Shown: positions 11,949 to 24,629 of the stretch, piece after piece
Position numbering within the stretch: the first letter of the stretch is position 1
How the letters are laid out: every line of letters begins with the position of its first letter
Source of the DNA: Escherichia coli
Lineage (GTDB): Bacteria; Pseudomonadota; Gammaproteobacteria; Enterobacterales; Enterobacteriaceae
Assembly (NCBI RefSeq): GCF_009931435.1
Contig: NZ_CP043414.1
Length of the DNA: 64,000 nucleotides
Strand: one strand, 5' to 3'
Made by a program: the position numbers and the translations under genes
The notes under the pieces: model-generated
What the model was told of the DNA's origin: nothing
What the model saw: the letters and a program-made list of their open reading frames with translations, nothing else
Database searches by the model: none

Positions 11949-12184
11949 CCCTTGCCCCCTGTTTTTATCATACTCTGAATAGCCAGGCTGTTATTTTACG
12001 ACTTGCCTGTACAACGCCAATACTCACGAAAGTATGACGAGCAAGCCTGTTACTCATCAGGCTTATCTTCAGTATATAAACGCCGATACGTTTTTACATA
12101 ACCTAATGTAAAGAAGTTTAAAGAAAAGCGCGCCAGAATGTGGCACTTTTTTAGTGCAGAAACGGAGTTTTCAGAAACAGGAAA

Positions 12185-12202
12185 GGCGGCATCGCTGCCG
12201 CC
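12185..12202 (-). terminator. Candidate terminator hairpin downstream of mukB
   Basis: GGCGGC-atcgct-GCCGCC just after the mukB stop; the trailing sequence on the minus strand is only moderately U-rich. Confidence 0.4.
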
Positions 12203-12208
12203 TCAATC

Positions 12209-15200
12209 TTAACTCGCCTGGGAAGGCGCTTCGTCAGTTCCTGGAAGCGTTTCAGGGAGTTGCGGTGCAAAACCACGCAGACCGACTACGTGAACGTGTT
12301 CGGTATTCTGGAAGACTTTACGCACCAGTTTATAGGTGGTGCCTTTTTCCGGGCTGATATTTTCCGGCGCTGCGATGATGAGCTGCATTTGCAAACGCTC
12401 ACACAATTCAAACAGCGTGGCGATGGAACGGGCATCCAGTCGCGCTGCTTCATCAAGGAACAGCAGACGGCAAGGAGAGATATCTTTACCGCGCAAGCGG
12501 CGAGATTCATCTTCCCAACTCTGTACCACCATCACCAGAATCGACATACCGGTACCAATAGCCTCACCGGTCGACAATGCACCAGATTCCGCGCGCAACC
12601 AGCCATCGGAACCACGGTTAACCTCAACTTCCATTTCAAGATAGTTACGGTAATCCAGCAGTTCTTCACCGATGGTCTGCGGCGTGCGCTGCCCCATATC
12701 AATCTGCGGATTAAGGCGCTGATACAGTTTCGCCAGCGCTTCCGAGAAGGTCAGACGGTTGCTGTTAAACAGATCCTGATGTTGTTCGTGCTGTTCAGAG
12801 AGCACATCCAGCAGCATGGCGTGCGTTTCACGCACGTTCACGTTGAGGCGCACGCTGTTCACCTGGCCAAACGATACGCTCTGCAAGCCCTGGTTGAGCA
12901 TACGGATACGGTTCTGCTCGCGCTGAATGGTTTTGCGAATAATGTTCGCCACGCTGCGGGAACTGATCGCCAGTTTCTGTTCGCGGGAGGTTAACTCTTC
13001 AGTCAGACGGCTAAGTTCGATCTCCATCTGCTCGATAGCTTCAACCGGATCATCGGTACGAATAATATCCTGACGAATACGCTCGCGCAGATGCTGATAA
13101 ACCGCCACGAAGAACTGAATTTTACGTTCCGGACGTTTTGGATCTTCCGACATACGCAGCACGTCGCGCAGATGTTCGTTATCCGCTACCGCGAGACGCA
13201 ACGCACCCAACGCCTTATCCGACATGGAACGCAAATCATCAGCGGAGAGATAAGCCAGCTCACGACGGTGTAAGCGGCGCTCAACACCGTTATCTTTCAC
13301 CATGCGCATCACTGCACACCAGCCCGCTTTCGCGGTCACTACCTGCTCGCGCATCTCAAAGTAATCACGCTCCAGCTTGCGCAGTTTGCGGGTCAGGTTG
13401 TCCATCTCCGCTTCGCAGAAGGTAAGCGCTTTTTCCAGTTGGTTGCGGCGTGAACGGTTATTGCTCAGTTGCGCGTGCAACTCGTCACGGCGAATACGCG
13501 CCCGCTCTTCTGCCCCGCTATCAGCACGCACGCCGATATCCTGCAATTCACGTTGCAGATCGTTGAGTAGCTCTTTTTTGGTGTCGTAAGAACTTTTCAG
13601 CGAAGCCAGCACCTGGTTGTACTGACTCAACTGCGCTGCGTGTCCGCGCAACGCTTCACGAGCGCGGGTACGCTCCGCTTCCGCCTGTTCCAGACGTTCA
13701 CGCAGTTTTTCGTTGAGATCGCTGTTACCGCTAAGCATTTCTGCCGAGTCAGAGTAGCTAAAGTGCGCACGACGCTGCACCACTTCCGTCAGGGCAAACG
13801 CCTGCTGACGGGCATCGCGCTGCATCTGCTGAGAGTACGCGTAATCTTCTTTTAACTGTTCGAACTGTTCCGGGTCGCTCTGCAATACCGAAACGATCGG
13901 TTCCAGTTTCGCCAGTTGATTGCCAAACTGCTGAACAAAACGCGCGGCTTCCTGGGCTTCATCCAGACGTTCGCGGATTTCATCGACGCGATCTGCCAGG
14001 CTGTCATCAGCCAGCAGGTTAAGACGCGGCAGAATGCGGTTCAGGGCCGTAACGCCCTCTTTCGCCTGCTCAAACTGAATACGCTGCTGCTGGTTATCAT
14101 TTTCATGATTACTCAACGCCCGCTCCAGTTCGACGCGACGGCTGTTCAGTTGACGGATTTCTGCTTCCGGGTCAGACTCAAACGCCACCGCCAGATGACT
14201 ACCTATAAAGCGGCTGAACGCCTGATGCAGACGCTGGGTTTTCTGTACATCAAAAGAGAGTGTGGCGAAGCGTTCGGAAAGCACTTCACGTTCGGCATGG
14301 AGGCTTTCGATGCGGCTTTCGCGAGCAGCACGACCAAACAGCGGCACTTCCGGGAAACGTGAATAACGCCACTGACGATCGGCGATTTTCACCACTACCG
14401 CTTTTTCCAGCTCATCAACGCTGAACACGCTGTCATCGAATGACTGCGGATCCCCTTCGATCAGATAGAGATCTTCCGGGCAATCGGTCAAGCCTTCCAG
14501 GTGTTCGGTTACCTGTGACAGATCTGACACCACGATGGCGTGGCGTGACGGGCCATACAGTGCTGAGAAGTACGGCGCATCTTCCAGGCTAACGTCGTCA
14601 TAAATTTCTGACAGCAACACGCCGCCAAAACGCTCCGCCAGCGCATTCAGACGCTGGTCTTCAGAGCCGCCTGGCTGGCTTAAACGTTCGATCTCTTCAT
14701 CGACGGCGTTTTTGCGTGCGCCAACTTCGTCACGTTCAACAATGGCTTCGCGCTCACGCTCCAGCAACTGTTGCAGATATTCGGTGACGTCCTGGCTTGA
14801 GGAGAATTCTTCGCCGCACTGTTCGCTCAACTGGTTGAGACTGTTTTGCGCTGCCAGCCAAACCGGCGCACGCTGCATCAAACTCTGAATGCGAGACTGC
14901 AGCTGTTCCTGCTCCTGGCGCAGTGCCATCCGCTCTTCTCGGGCGTTAGAGACGCTATCGGAAAGAGAGGCAATGCGTGCTTCCAGCTCCTGATGCAGAG
15001 CTTCCAGTTCATCAATATCAAAATTCTTGCCCTGACGTTTGCAGAAATCTGCCAGCAGACGCTCAGCTTCTTGCTGTTCACGCAGACGCTGTTCCAGTTC
15101 GCTTAAGCGCATCCGCAACGGCTGAACCTGCTCTGCCAGGTGACGCTGATCGACCCCTTCGCGCAATAGTTCGCGAGCGACATCCCACGCCTCGTTACGC

Positions 15201-16669
15201 GCCAGCGGGCCGTTGATTGCCACCACCAGCTGATAAGCCTGCTCAAACTGGCTGTGCGCGGTTTGCGCCATGCTCATTTTCTGCTCAAGAGAGAGCATTT
15301 TTTCGGTCGCTTCCAGCTCTTTCGCCTGGAAGGTTTCCAGCCATTCGGCGGCGCTGTCGGCGGTTAAGTCCGGCAGATGGCACAGTTCTTTGGCACGATT
15401 AAGCGCAGCAATCGCCTGGTTGTACTGGATCGCGCGCGTTTGCTGGACGTCCAGCGCCTGCTGGTAGTCAGCAAGCTGGCTTTTCAGCTCGTCCACTTCC
15501 AGCTCGGCAGCTTCCGCACGAGCCTCGTTCTCTTCCTGGCGTTCGATGGCTTCTGCCACCACTTCGTTTTGCTCTTCCAGACGGATCTGCAGCTCATCGA
15601 GATCCGCTTCGTAGCGTTCGATCTTCTCCTGCTGACGTAGTGCGGTTTGCACCAGGTTCAGGTGATCGCTGGCCGCCTGATAATCCGCTTCCAGATCGCC
15701 TTCGGCACCATTGTGCTCAGCCAGCTCACGCGCCATATCGACATGCTTGTACTGCTCTGCCGCCAGTTGCTGACGCGAAGTGTGAAGCTCACGACGAAAC
15801 TCCAGCGCTTTATCCAGGTGAACACGGCGCTCGTTGGCGTGGCGCATGTAGTCCGCCGCCACGTAGTTAGTCGCTTCGCTGATCAGATGCTTGAACAAGT
15901 CACGGTCAGACTGGGTAACACGAATCGCTTCCAGCGTCATACGGTTTTCACGCAGCGCCGCTTCCATGTCCTGAAACGCTTTACGCACGCCGCTATTTTC
16001 TGGCAACAGGTAGTCGCGCAGAGAACGGGTGATGGCGCTGGAAATCCCGCCGTACAGCGAAGCTTCAATCAGACGATAGAATTTACTACGATCAGACGCT
16101 GAGCGCAGACGACGTGCGATGATGCCCAGATCGAACATCAGCGAGTGGTAATCGGTAATAGAGTTGAACTGCTTAAACTGCACGCCTTCCATCGCTTCGA
16201 GCTTGTCTTTCAGCTCGTTAAGCGGCAGCACGCGCGCCTGACGTTCATTCAGAGTTTCGGTCACCAGTTGTGTCGGCTGCACCGACATCGGCAAGCCCTG
16301 AATGGCAAATGGTTTGATATCAACTTTACGATCGCGCCCGGCAACCTGTTGCAGACGCACACCGACCACTACACGCTGGTGGCGCGAGTTAATGGTGTCG
16401 AGCATCGAATAACAGACACCCGCTTTCAGCTTACCGTGCAGACCTTTATCGCGCGAACCGCTGGTGGCCCCGGCTTCCGTAGTGTTACGGAAATGCAGCA
16501 GGGTCAGGTCGGGGATAAGCGCCGTAACGAACGCCGCCATGGTGGTGGATTTACCCGCCCCGTTACCGCCAGAAAGCGTCGTGACCAGCTCGTCAAGGTC
16601 AAAAGTTCGGGCAAAAAAGCCGTTCCAGTTAATCAGCGTCAGTGAGCGAAATTTACCGCGTTCAATCAT
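12209..16669 (-). CDS. mukB: Chromosome partition protein MukB (SMC-like condensin subunit)
   Basis: 1486-aa ORF; N-terminal Walker [10 protein letters not shown], long coiled-coil arms, C-terminal head; matches MukB. Confidence 0.97.
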   Translation of the reverse strand: MIERGKFRSLTLINWNGFFARTFDLDELVTTLSGGNGAGKSTTMAAFVTALIPDLTLLHFRNTTEAGATSGSRDKGLHGKLKAGVCYSMLDTINSRHQRVVVGVRLQQVAGRDRKVDIKPFAIQGLPMSVQPTQLVTETLNERQARVLPLNELKDKLEAMEGVQFKQFNSITDYHSLMFDLGIIARRLRSASDRSKFYRLIEASLYGGISSAITRSLRDYLLPENSGVRKAFQDMEAALRENRMTLEAIRVTQSDRDLFKHLISEATNYVAADYMRHANERRVHLDKALEFRRELHTSRQQLAAEQYKHVDMARELAEHNGAEGDLEADYQAASDHLNLVQTALRQQEKIERYEADLDELQIRLEEQNEVVAEAIERQEENEARAEAAELEVDELKSQLADYQQALDVQQTRAIQYNQAIAALNRAKELCHLPDLTADSAAEWLETFQAKELEATEKMLSLEQKMSMAQTAHSQFEQAYQLVVAINGPLARNEAWDVARELLREGVDQRHLAEQVQPLRMRLSELEQRLREQQEAERLLADFCKRQGKNFDIDELEALHQELEARIASLSDSVSNAREERMALRQEQEQLQSRIQSLMQRAPVWLAAQNSLNQLSEQCGEEFSSSQDVTEYLQQLLEREREAIVERDEVGARKNAVDEEIERLSQPGGSEDQRLNALAERFGGVLLSEIYDDVSLEDAPYFSALYGPSRHAIVVSDLSQVTEHLEGLTDCPEDLYLIEGDPQSFDDSVFSVDELEKAVVVKIADRQWRYSRFPEVPLFGRAARESRIESLHAEREVLSERFATLSFDVQKTQRLHQAFSRFIGSHLAVAFESDPEAEIRQLNSRRVELERALSNHENDNQQQRIQFEQAKEGVTALNRILPRLNLLADDSLADRVDEIRERLDEAQEAARFVQQFGNQLAKLEPIVSVLQSDPEQFEQLKEDYAYSQQMQRDARQQAFALTEVVQRRAHFSYSDSAEMLSGNSDLNEKLRERLEQAEAERTRAREALRGHAAQLSQYNQVLASLKSSYDTKKELLNDLQRELQDIGVRADSGAEERARIRRDELHAQLSNNRSRRNQLEKALTFCEAEMDNLTRKLRKLERDYFEMREQVVTAKAGWCAVMRMVKDNGVERRLHRRELAYLSADDLRSMSDKALGALRLAVADNEHLRDVLRMSEDPKRPERKIQFFVAVYQHLRERIRQDIIRTDDPVEAIEQMEIELSRLTEELTSREQKLAISSRSVANIIRKTIQREQNRIRMLNQGLQSVSFGQVNSVRLNVNVRETHAMLLDVLSEQHEQHQDLFNSNRLTFSEALAKLYQRLNPQIDMGQRTPQTIGEELLDYRNYLEMEVEVNRGSDGWLRAESGALSTGEAIGTGMSILVMVVQSWEDESRRLRGKDISPCRLLFLDEAARLDARSIATLFELCERLQMQLIIAAPENISPEKGTTYKLVRKVFQNTEHVHVVGLRGFAPQLPETLPGTDEAPSQAS

Positions 16670-17373
16670 TATTCTTCCTCTCCGCTATCTGGCTGATTCT
16701 CTTCGGTTTCATCGTTGAGTTGCAGATGATTTTCAATCGGCATTGCTTCGCCATCACGAATCAGGCGACGCTGTGCTTCACGGGGATCGTCGCCAGCACG
16801 CACATCGGCTCCGAAGCGGAACACCGATTCGGTAATGCGGAACTTGCTGCTGTCGTGGCCCATAAACCACACCATGCCTAAACGACGCAGACGGTTGAGC
16901 GAAGAACGTACTTTCTCCTGCAACTTCTGCCGGTCAACGTCTGAACCGGTTGAACGGTTGTTCACCAGTTTCAGCAGTTTCGCTTCATCGGCCAGGGTGA
17001 GCAGTTCATCGTACAGTTCCTGCTGGGTGAAAATCCCCTCATTCGCCAGCCGTTCCGGGCTGAGATAAAGATAACAGAGGATTTTCCCGACCATCATATC
17101 CAGTTCCGACAAGACGGAACGAGGGATAATAGTGGTGGAACGTGGGCGTAAATAGAAGAACCCCTCCGGTGCGCGAATAAGCTCAACGTTATAACGCGCG
17201 TAAAATTCTTCCAGATATTCCTGAAAATCCATCAGGAATGCATGATTATCCAGTTCGTCAAGGCCAATATGGCGGCCTGAACGTAAGGCGCTATCCAGCG
17301 CCGGAAATAACGGATTCGCCAGCGCCTGCGCCAGCTTAACCGGCATCACTTGTTCAATATTTGTCGATGACAT
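16669..17373 (-). CDS. mukE: Chromosome partition protein MukE
   Basis: ORF 16669..17400; start placed at the internal ATG 17373 ([16 protein letters not shown]...), with 17400 or a further internal start possible. The stop shares one base with the mukB ATG (TAATG). Confidence 0.9.
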
Positions 17374-18676
17374 GCGCCTGTACCTTGGCTCCGTAATCAT
17401 TAATCGGCTGCCATTTCGCTGGCAGTCCGGTGAAATCTGCTTGCGCTACGCCAAGACGTACCGCCTGATCAATAACAATGCGCGCAACGTCAAAGTGACG
17501 TGCACGCGGATACTGTGACAGATATTCGCGTACCACCAGACCAAGATCCAACGGCACTTGTCTGGTTTTGTACACGGCAAGTTGTTCTTCGATGATCGCC
17601 GCCAGCTGTTCGCGGATCTCGTTAAACTCTTCGTACTCCAGATCCTCAGGAAGTTCCCCAGTCACTTCTTCATCGCGCAGTGCCATCTCTTCGTCACGCA
17701 TATCCAGCAGACGATCGGCATTGGCATAAGTTAGCGCCCACGGTTCATCAAAATAGGTTTGTACCGACTGACGTAACCGCTGAGCAAAGACGCGGTTTTT
17801 ATCCATATCGATAGCGGTACGAATAAATTTGTGTACGTGGCGGTCGTAGCCAATCCATAAGTCGATGGATTGCTGGCCCCAGCTGATAATACGGTCAAGT
17901 TTGCTTTGCAGATCGAACACCAGACGATCGACGAAATGCAGATCATCATGAGTCATCGTCGCATCCTGAATGCGTAACAGATTAGCCTGCAATTTATCAC
18001 CTGCCGCTTCCAACGTATCCTGCAATTCACGCAGCGTTCCGGAAGTTTCCGAAAGCAACAATTCACAGCTGGAAATCGCCGCCCGCCAGTCTTTGTTCAA
18101 CAACTGGGCGATATCATCCTTCACCTGCTGCTGCTGTTCATCCATCAGACGTTGAGTCAGGTCGATACTGTCGAAAATTTCTGCTACCGAATATTTCAGT
18201 GGCGCATAGACATTACGGTGCCAGTGAAACTCATCACCGCCCTCTTCGGCGGCATCTGCCGCGCGTTTCAGTTCGCCCGCCACAATCGACAACTGCATAG
18301 AAAGGCGCAGCGTCGAAAACTCGCGCTGACGGATGTAGTAATCGGTAATACCGATGCCAAGCGGCGTCAGACGGTAAATTGCGTTCCCTTCAGCCTGCTC
18401 GCTGGTAAAGCGGTTCAGCAGACGTTGACGAACCATGTCGTTGATCGCGTTGTTGGCGCGTACGCCGATGGTTTCGCTGGTTTGCTCAAACGCATCACTC
18501 ACATGGCGGAATGCATCCACCAGCTCGCCTTCACTCATCTCACCATCCAGACGCTCGCCGTTCAGCGTGGCAACCGCCAGCAGAAAAGAGAGTCGGTCTA
18601 CCGGCAGCGAGATGGAGAAGTCATTTTTTCTGGCCCAGGCAACCAGTTCGGGGACTGTCTGGGAAAATTCACTCAT
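17354..18676 (-). CDS. mukF: Chromosome partition protein MukF (kleisin)
   Basis: 440-aa [37 protein letters not shown]...; matches MukF. Its 3' end overlaps the mukE start. Confidence 0.96.
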
Positions 18677-19458
18677 ACTTTATCCTTGCTCTGCGGTTTG
18701 CGCGCGGTGACATGAATATAACGCCCCAGGGTAATATACGGTTCCTGACGGCAATAACGCGTTTCTAATTCAAGTAATGCTTCATAGCAGTCGCGCTGCT
18801 GGTGCTTCTCGCGCAGGTAATCATGAAACACGCGAACGCCGGTCTTACCCATAATTTGCCAACCAGCTTCTTCCAGCCACAGATAAACCTGCGCCGGGTC
18901 GCGTGGATAATCTGGCGAAAGCGTCCGTTTTTTCTTTTTCGGCATTCCCGCCTGCACGTAATCAAAATTCCCTGCAACCATGTTATGCATCAGCAAGCCG
19001 TGCGCATTGTAGAACATTAACGACAACACACCGCCTGGACGCAACACTGACCACAGGGTCTGCAATACGCTGCGGGGATCGGCCACCCACTCGAGCACCG
19101 CATGGAACAATATCAGATCAACGGGCGTTTCCAAATGCGAAGCAACATCCTGAGCGGCGCAATGTATAAATTGCATGTTGTCGCTCACACCTTTTGCTTC
19201 TGCCGCCTGTTTTGCGCGGTCGATCATCTGCGCTGAAAGATCGCATAAAATGACCTGATGCCCACGCTCGGCCATTTTGATTGCGGTCTGCCCTTCTCCA
19301 CCGCCAGCATCCAGCACACGCAGTTTTTGCGAGCCCATTTCCGCCAGCACGCGATCGAGATCCTGCCACAGAATAGCCTGTCGAAGCTGCCCTTTGGTGG
19401 TGCCGTAAATGTTACGGGAAAACTTTTCCGCAATATCATCAAAATTGCGATCCTGCAT
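18673..19458 (-). CDS. cmoM: SAM-dependent methyltransferase CmoM/SmtA (tRNA cmo5U methyl ester formation)
   Basis: ORF 18673..19470; start at ATG 19458 ([19 protein letters not shown]...), 261 aa; SAM-binding motif VLDAGGGEG; 4-nt ATGA overlap with mukF. Confidence 0.92.
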
Positions 19459-19593
19459 TGCTTTCTCCACCGGTTGGCTAAGACGTTTTCTGATAAAGAC
19501 GCTATTTTGTCACAGCCACGGCGAGAATGAACCCGTCTGGTGTAATATCGCTGGCGATCCCTTGCTATATGGTCAAAAAAGGAACCAGAAAGG

Positions 19594-20373
19594 ATGCTTT
19601 TTACACTGAAAAAAGTGATTGGCGGTATGCTGCTGCCACTTCCGCTGATGTTGTTGATTATTGGCGCTGGCCTGGCGCTGCTGTGGTTTAGCCGTTTTCA
19701 AAAAACCGGGAAGATTTTTATTAGCCTTGGGTGGCTGGCGCTCTTGTTATTGAGTTTGCAACCGATAGCCGACCGCCTGCTGCGTCCCATCGAAAGCACC
19801 TATCCGACATGGAATAATTCGCAAAAAGTGGACTATATCGTGGTGCTCGGAGGTGGTTATACCTGGAACCCGCAGTGGGCACCGAGCTCGAATTTAATCA
19901 ATAACAGTCTGCCACGTCTGAATGAGGGTATTCGCTTATGGCGCGAAAATCCGGGATCAAAACTGATCTTCACGGGAGGCGTAGCAAAAACCAATACGGT
20001 GAGTACAGCCGAAGTAGGTGCAAGAGTTGCGCAATCGCTGGGTGTCCCTCGCGAGCAAATTATCACCCTGGATTTGCCAAAAGATACCGAAGAAGAAGCT
20101 GCGGCAGTGAAACAGGCGATTGGTGACGCCCCTTTCCTGCTGGTAACCTCCGCATCACATCTGCCGCGGGCGATGATCTTTTTTCAGCAGGAAGGGTTAA
20201 ATCCGCTGCCAGCCCCGGCGAACCAGTTGGCCATCGACTCGCCGCTTAATCCGTGGGAACGAGCAATCCCTTCTCCAGTCTGGTTAATGCATAGCGATCG
20301 TGTTGGCTATGAAACGCTTGGCCGCATCTGGCAGTGGCTGAAAGGTTCGTCAGGCGAGCCACGGCAAGAGTGA
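19594..20373 (+). CDS. elyC: Envelope biogenesis factor ElyC (DUF218 inner membrane protein)
   Basis: 259-aa ORF with N-terminal transmembrane segments; matches ElyC/YcbC. Confidence 0.9.
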   Translation: MLFTLKKVIGGMLLPLPLMLLIIGAGLALLWFSRFQKTGKIFISLGWLALLLLSLQPIADRLLRPIESTYPTWNNSQKVDYIVVLGGGYTWNPQWAPSSNLINNSLPRLNEGIRLWRENPGSKLIFTGGVAKTNTVSTAEVGARVAQSLGVPREQIITLDLPKDTEEEAAAVKQAIGDAPFLLVTSASHLPRAMIFFQQEGLNPLPAPANQLAIDSPLNPWERAIPSPVWLMHSDRVGYETLGRIWQWLKGSSGEPRQE

Positions 20374-21243
20374 TTTTGATGCCAGATCGAAGTTGCGCCG
20401 ACTAAATCGTCCGGTGTTGACCAGTTGCGCAACTTCATCCCATAACACATACAACCAACGCCGCCAGATGAACGACTCCGCCACTGGCGCGCGTTGCAGA
20501 TAACTCCAGAGCAAATCTTCCGCCAGAGAATTATCCATTAGTCGGAACAGTTCGTATTCTCGCGGTGCCCAAAGCATTAGTCCCGGTCCGACCATCGCCA
20601 GTAACTGATCGCTGCGCGAATCTTTCAGCATGCTGCGTAAACAGAAGTTACCGTGAATCAGCACACAATTGTCGTTAAAGCCTTCAAATAATGCCGGGAG
20701 ACATTCACGGGTGCGAAACAGGATCCGCTTATCCTGCATCGTTAGACCGGTGTTATTGAACTGATTGAGCGTAGTCCATAGCACTTCAACATGTTGCCGG
20801 TACCATGAGGGCCAGAAATTTTCCTGAGTATTGTCGACCGCGCCGACGCAACCACGACTGTCCTGACGGTGCCAGGCCAGTAAGGCTTCAACGATTTGGT
20901 CTTTGAGTTGTTCCCAGCGTTCTGGTGTTCGGGCTGGTGCCTCCACCGAAACACCACGCATTCGCTCCAGTAGCAGGACATCGGGGCCGGGGTGTTCTTC
21001 ATGCGTCATCACACCATAAATAGTCGGCATACGGACAGTCCCACTTCTTGCCAGCATGGTGGTTTTCCATGCCAGTTGTCGGGCTTTTCCGGGCGCACTA
21101 AAGCTTCTTGCCATTAACGGCATTGGGTTTCCCTGGCTGTCATACAAAGCCCACAACGCCGTATCCGCTTTTTCATTGACGCACTCAATACGACTGAGTT
21201 TTTCGCCCAGTAAATGGCTTAATTCGGCACGCAGCTGTTCCAT
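20350..21243 (-). CDS. ycbJ: Kinase-like (phosphotransferase-fold) protein YcbJ, function unknown
   Basis: 297-aa ORF matching YcbJ; its 3' end overlaps the elyC 3' end by 24 bp on the opposite strand. Confidence 0.88.
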   Translation of the reverse strand: MEQLRAELSHLLGEKLSRIECVNEKADTALWALYDSQGNPMPLMARSFSAPGKARQLAWKTTMLARSGTVRMPTIYGVMTHEEHPGPDVLLLERMRGVSVEAPARTPERWEQLKDQIVEALLAWHRQDSRGCVGAVDNTQENFWPSWYRQHVEVLWTTLNQFNNTGLTMQDKRILFRTRECLPALFEGFNDNCVLIHGNFCLRSMLKDSRSDQLLAMVGPGLMLWAPREYELFRLMDNSLAEDLLWSYLQRAPVAESFIWRRWLYVLWDEVAQLVNTGRFSRRNFDLASKSLLPWLA

Positions 21244-21339
21244 TCAGATTACCCTCATAAAAGCTACTGCTTTCATAATGAGCGCCAATATAAAAGATGT
21301 CACCTGAATGAGATCAATTGTTGAAAAGAAAAATTGAGG

Positions 21340-21387
21340 AAAATCGTAACGGTACGACACTCCTCCCAAAATTGGCTGGAGTGTCGT
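21340..21387 (-). terminator. Candidate terminator downstream of kdsB
   Basis: 10-bp stem ACGACACTCC...GGAGTGTCGT with a 14-nt loop, followed on the minus strand by a T-rich tract. Confidence 0.45.
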
Positions 21388-21396
21388 GAAGTGAAA

Positions 21397-22322
<926 letters not shown>

Positions 22323-22373
22323 AGTTCCTCCAGATGGATCGGGTTATGAATGCATAAATCTTATCATAATCAT

Positions 22374-23606
22374 TTATGCGACGGGGTCTATTTCCCAGCC
22401 GGCGCGGCAATCAGTAAAGAGGCCTTGCGGGCAGCGTCCTAATGTCACCCGCGTTGCCTGCTGCCAGTTAGCGAAATCAGTAATCGCCTGACGTAACCCT
22501 TTTTGCAGCGTTGTCGTTGGTTTAATGCCTTCCTGTAACCACAGAGAGATAACTTCAAGGATGCCTGTCTGGCGATGCATTTTGGCATCCATTCGCCCAA
22601 CTAATTGCCCACGATGTAATAACGGCAGAACAAAATAGCCATACTGGCGTTTCGGCGCTGGGGTATAGCACTCCAGCCGGTAGCTAAAATCAAAAAGCTG
22701 CTCCGCGCGTTTGCGATCCCAGACAACAGGATCAAAAGGCGAAAGTACCGCGCTGTGCGTTGCAGTGAGCTTTCCGGCGAGCGCGCGTTCGAGTAGCGGC
22801 AGCAAATCAGCATGCAACCAAAGATTGCCCAATTTTTCAACATGCACAGCAATGATTTGCTGCTGTTCAGCCCTCGCTTCGCGCCAAGCCGCCAGTGCCG
22901 GACGTTTCAGCCGATAGTAATCTGCCAGCCACTGTTCGCGGAATATGCCCAGGCTACGCGCACTGTTATCCAGCATGATGATTTCTGCTTCTGTTTGCGA
23001 AACGAGATCGCGCTCATCATCACAGTCAGGCATGACACGGTGGGTTAAATCATAAACGCGCTGGAAGTTGCGCCGTTCAATCACCATCACCTTTCCAGCA
23101 GTAAATAAACCTTCCAGATGCCGTTTATGCGGCTTCCATTCCCACCAGCCGCTTGCACCTTTACGAGAATGCTCGAAATCGGCTGAACGTACCGGCCCCT
23201 TATCATGAATATGTTGAATTAACTGTGCAATTTCTGCCGCATGTTCCTGCATCCAGGCGTCTTTGTATTTCCAGCCCATTTTTTCAGGTGCCAGCATGCG
23301 GTGGCGAATAAGACGAAAATCGCTACGTGGCATAAAGCAGGCTTCATGCGCCCAGTATTCCATTAATTCGCCACGCGCCAGAGACTCATCCAACCACTGC
23401 GCAGGATAATTTCCCAGACGACTGAAAAGCACCAGATATGGGCTACGGGCAACAATATTGATGGTATCAATTTGCAGCAAGGACATGCGGGAAATCGTTG
23501 CCAGAATATCTTCCAACGACGCTCGACGGCGGGGTTTGTTTAACAGGCCTTGCGCAGCAAGGTGAAGATTACGCGCATCAGCAAGGGAGAGGTGCGGCAG
23601 CGACAT
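22374..23606 (-). CDS. ycaQ: Winged-helix DNA glycosylase YcaQ (AlkZ-like, interstrand crosslink repair)
   Basis: 410-aa ORF matching YcaQ. Confidence 0.9.
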   Translation of the reverse strand: MSLPHLSLADARNLHLAAQGLLNKPRRRASLEDILATISRMSLLQIDTINIVARSPYLVLFSRLGNYPAQWLDESLARGELMEYWAHEACFMPRSDFRLIRHRMLAPEKMGWKYKDAWMQEHAAEIAQLIQHIHDKGPVRSADFEHSRKGASGWWEWKPHKRHLEGLFTAGKVMVIERRNFQRVYDLTHRVMPDCDDERDLVSQTEAEIIMLDNSARSLGIFREQWLADYYRLKRPALAAWREARAEQQQIIAVHVEKLGNLWLHADLLPLLERALAGKLTATHSAVLSPFDPVVWDRKRAEQLFDFSYRLECYTPAPKRQYGYFVLPLLHRGQLVGRMDAKMHRQTGILEVISLWLQEGIKPTTTLQKGLRQAITDFANWQQATRVTLGRCPQGLFTDCRAGWEIDPVA

Positions 23607-23642
23607 TCATGACTCCATCAATCGAACGCTGCCGCGGCGTAA

Positions 23643-24629
23643 CTAGTTGCCAGAAGCCAGCGAGGTTAGTTGCGCAAGCAGTTTCGCTGGTTCATCGCCT
23701 GAAAGCTGTGCGTCAACAGGCAAATACCACCAATTTTCATCTGCAAAGGCCCGGCATTTCACCGCATCTTTTTCAGTCATTACTAGCGTTTGCCCGTCGC
23801 TTACCAACGCGCTGACATCCGTATAATTCAAAGACTGATGATCGGCCAGTGGTACACATTTTTCCGGTTGTACGCCGCACATCTTCAGCGTGGCAAAAAA
23901 GCGCGGCGGATGCCCAATCCCCGCCATCGCCACCACATGTTCAAGTTGAGCAACGTCACAACGCGTACCGGTACGTAAATTCACCGCCTGCCCCGGCAGC
24001 AGATGCATGGGGATTTCACCGCTGCGGGGGACACCGCCGTTGACGATTACCGCATCAACCGACTTTAAGCGCCCCGCTCGCTCACGCATTGGCCCCGCCG
24101 GCAACCACCAGCCATTGCCAAAGCGACGCACGCCATCAATAACGACGATTTCCACATCACGCGCCAGACGATAATGCTGTAAACCGTCGTCGGTTACGAT
24201 GATCTGCACATCAGGGTGTTGCGCCAGAATGGCTTTTACCGCATCAGAACGCACGGGAGAAACCGCAACAGGCGCGCCAGTGCGTTGATAAATCAACACT
24301 GGTTCATCACCCGCCTGTGCTGTGGTGGTATCTACCGACAATAACAGCGGATAAGATTCAGCCTTACCGCCATATCCCCGGGACACGACTCCCACGCGAA
24401 TACCGCGCTGTTGCAACTGTTCCACCAGCCAGACAACGACCGGAGTTTTTCCGTTGCCGCCAGCGGTGAGATTACCAACCACGACAACCGGTACGGGGGC
24501 ACGCCAGGCGCGCTTCAATTTTAGTTTATAGCAAAGACGGATCGCGCCACTTATCAGGCCATACAACCAGGAGAGTGGCAGCAATAGCCGCCACAAAGGG
24601 GATTCACCAGACCAGATTTTTTCGATCAT
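23643..24629 (-). CDS. lpxK: Tetraacyldisaccharide 4'-kinase (lipid A biosynthesis)
   Basis: 328-aa ORF; Walker A-like [12 protein letters not shown]; matches LpxK. Confidence 0.96.
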   Translation of the reverse strand: MIEKIWSGESPLWRLLLPLSWLYGLISGAIRLCYKLKLKRAWRAPVPVVVVGNLTAGGNGKTPVVVWLVEQLQQRGIRVGVVSRGYGGKAESYPLLLSVDTTTAQAGDEPVLIYQRTGAPVAVSPVRSDAVKAILAQHPDVQIIVTDDGLQHYRLARDVEIVVIDGVRRFGNGWWLPAGPMRERAGRLKSVDAVIVNGGVPRSGEIPMHLLPGQAVNLRTGTRCDVAQLEHVVAMAGIGHPPRFFATLKMCGVQPEKCVPLADHQSLNYTDVSALVSDGQTLVMTEKDAVKCRAFADENWWYLPVDAQLSGDEPAKLLAQLTSLASGN

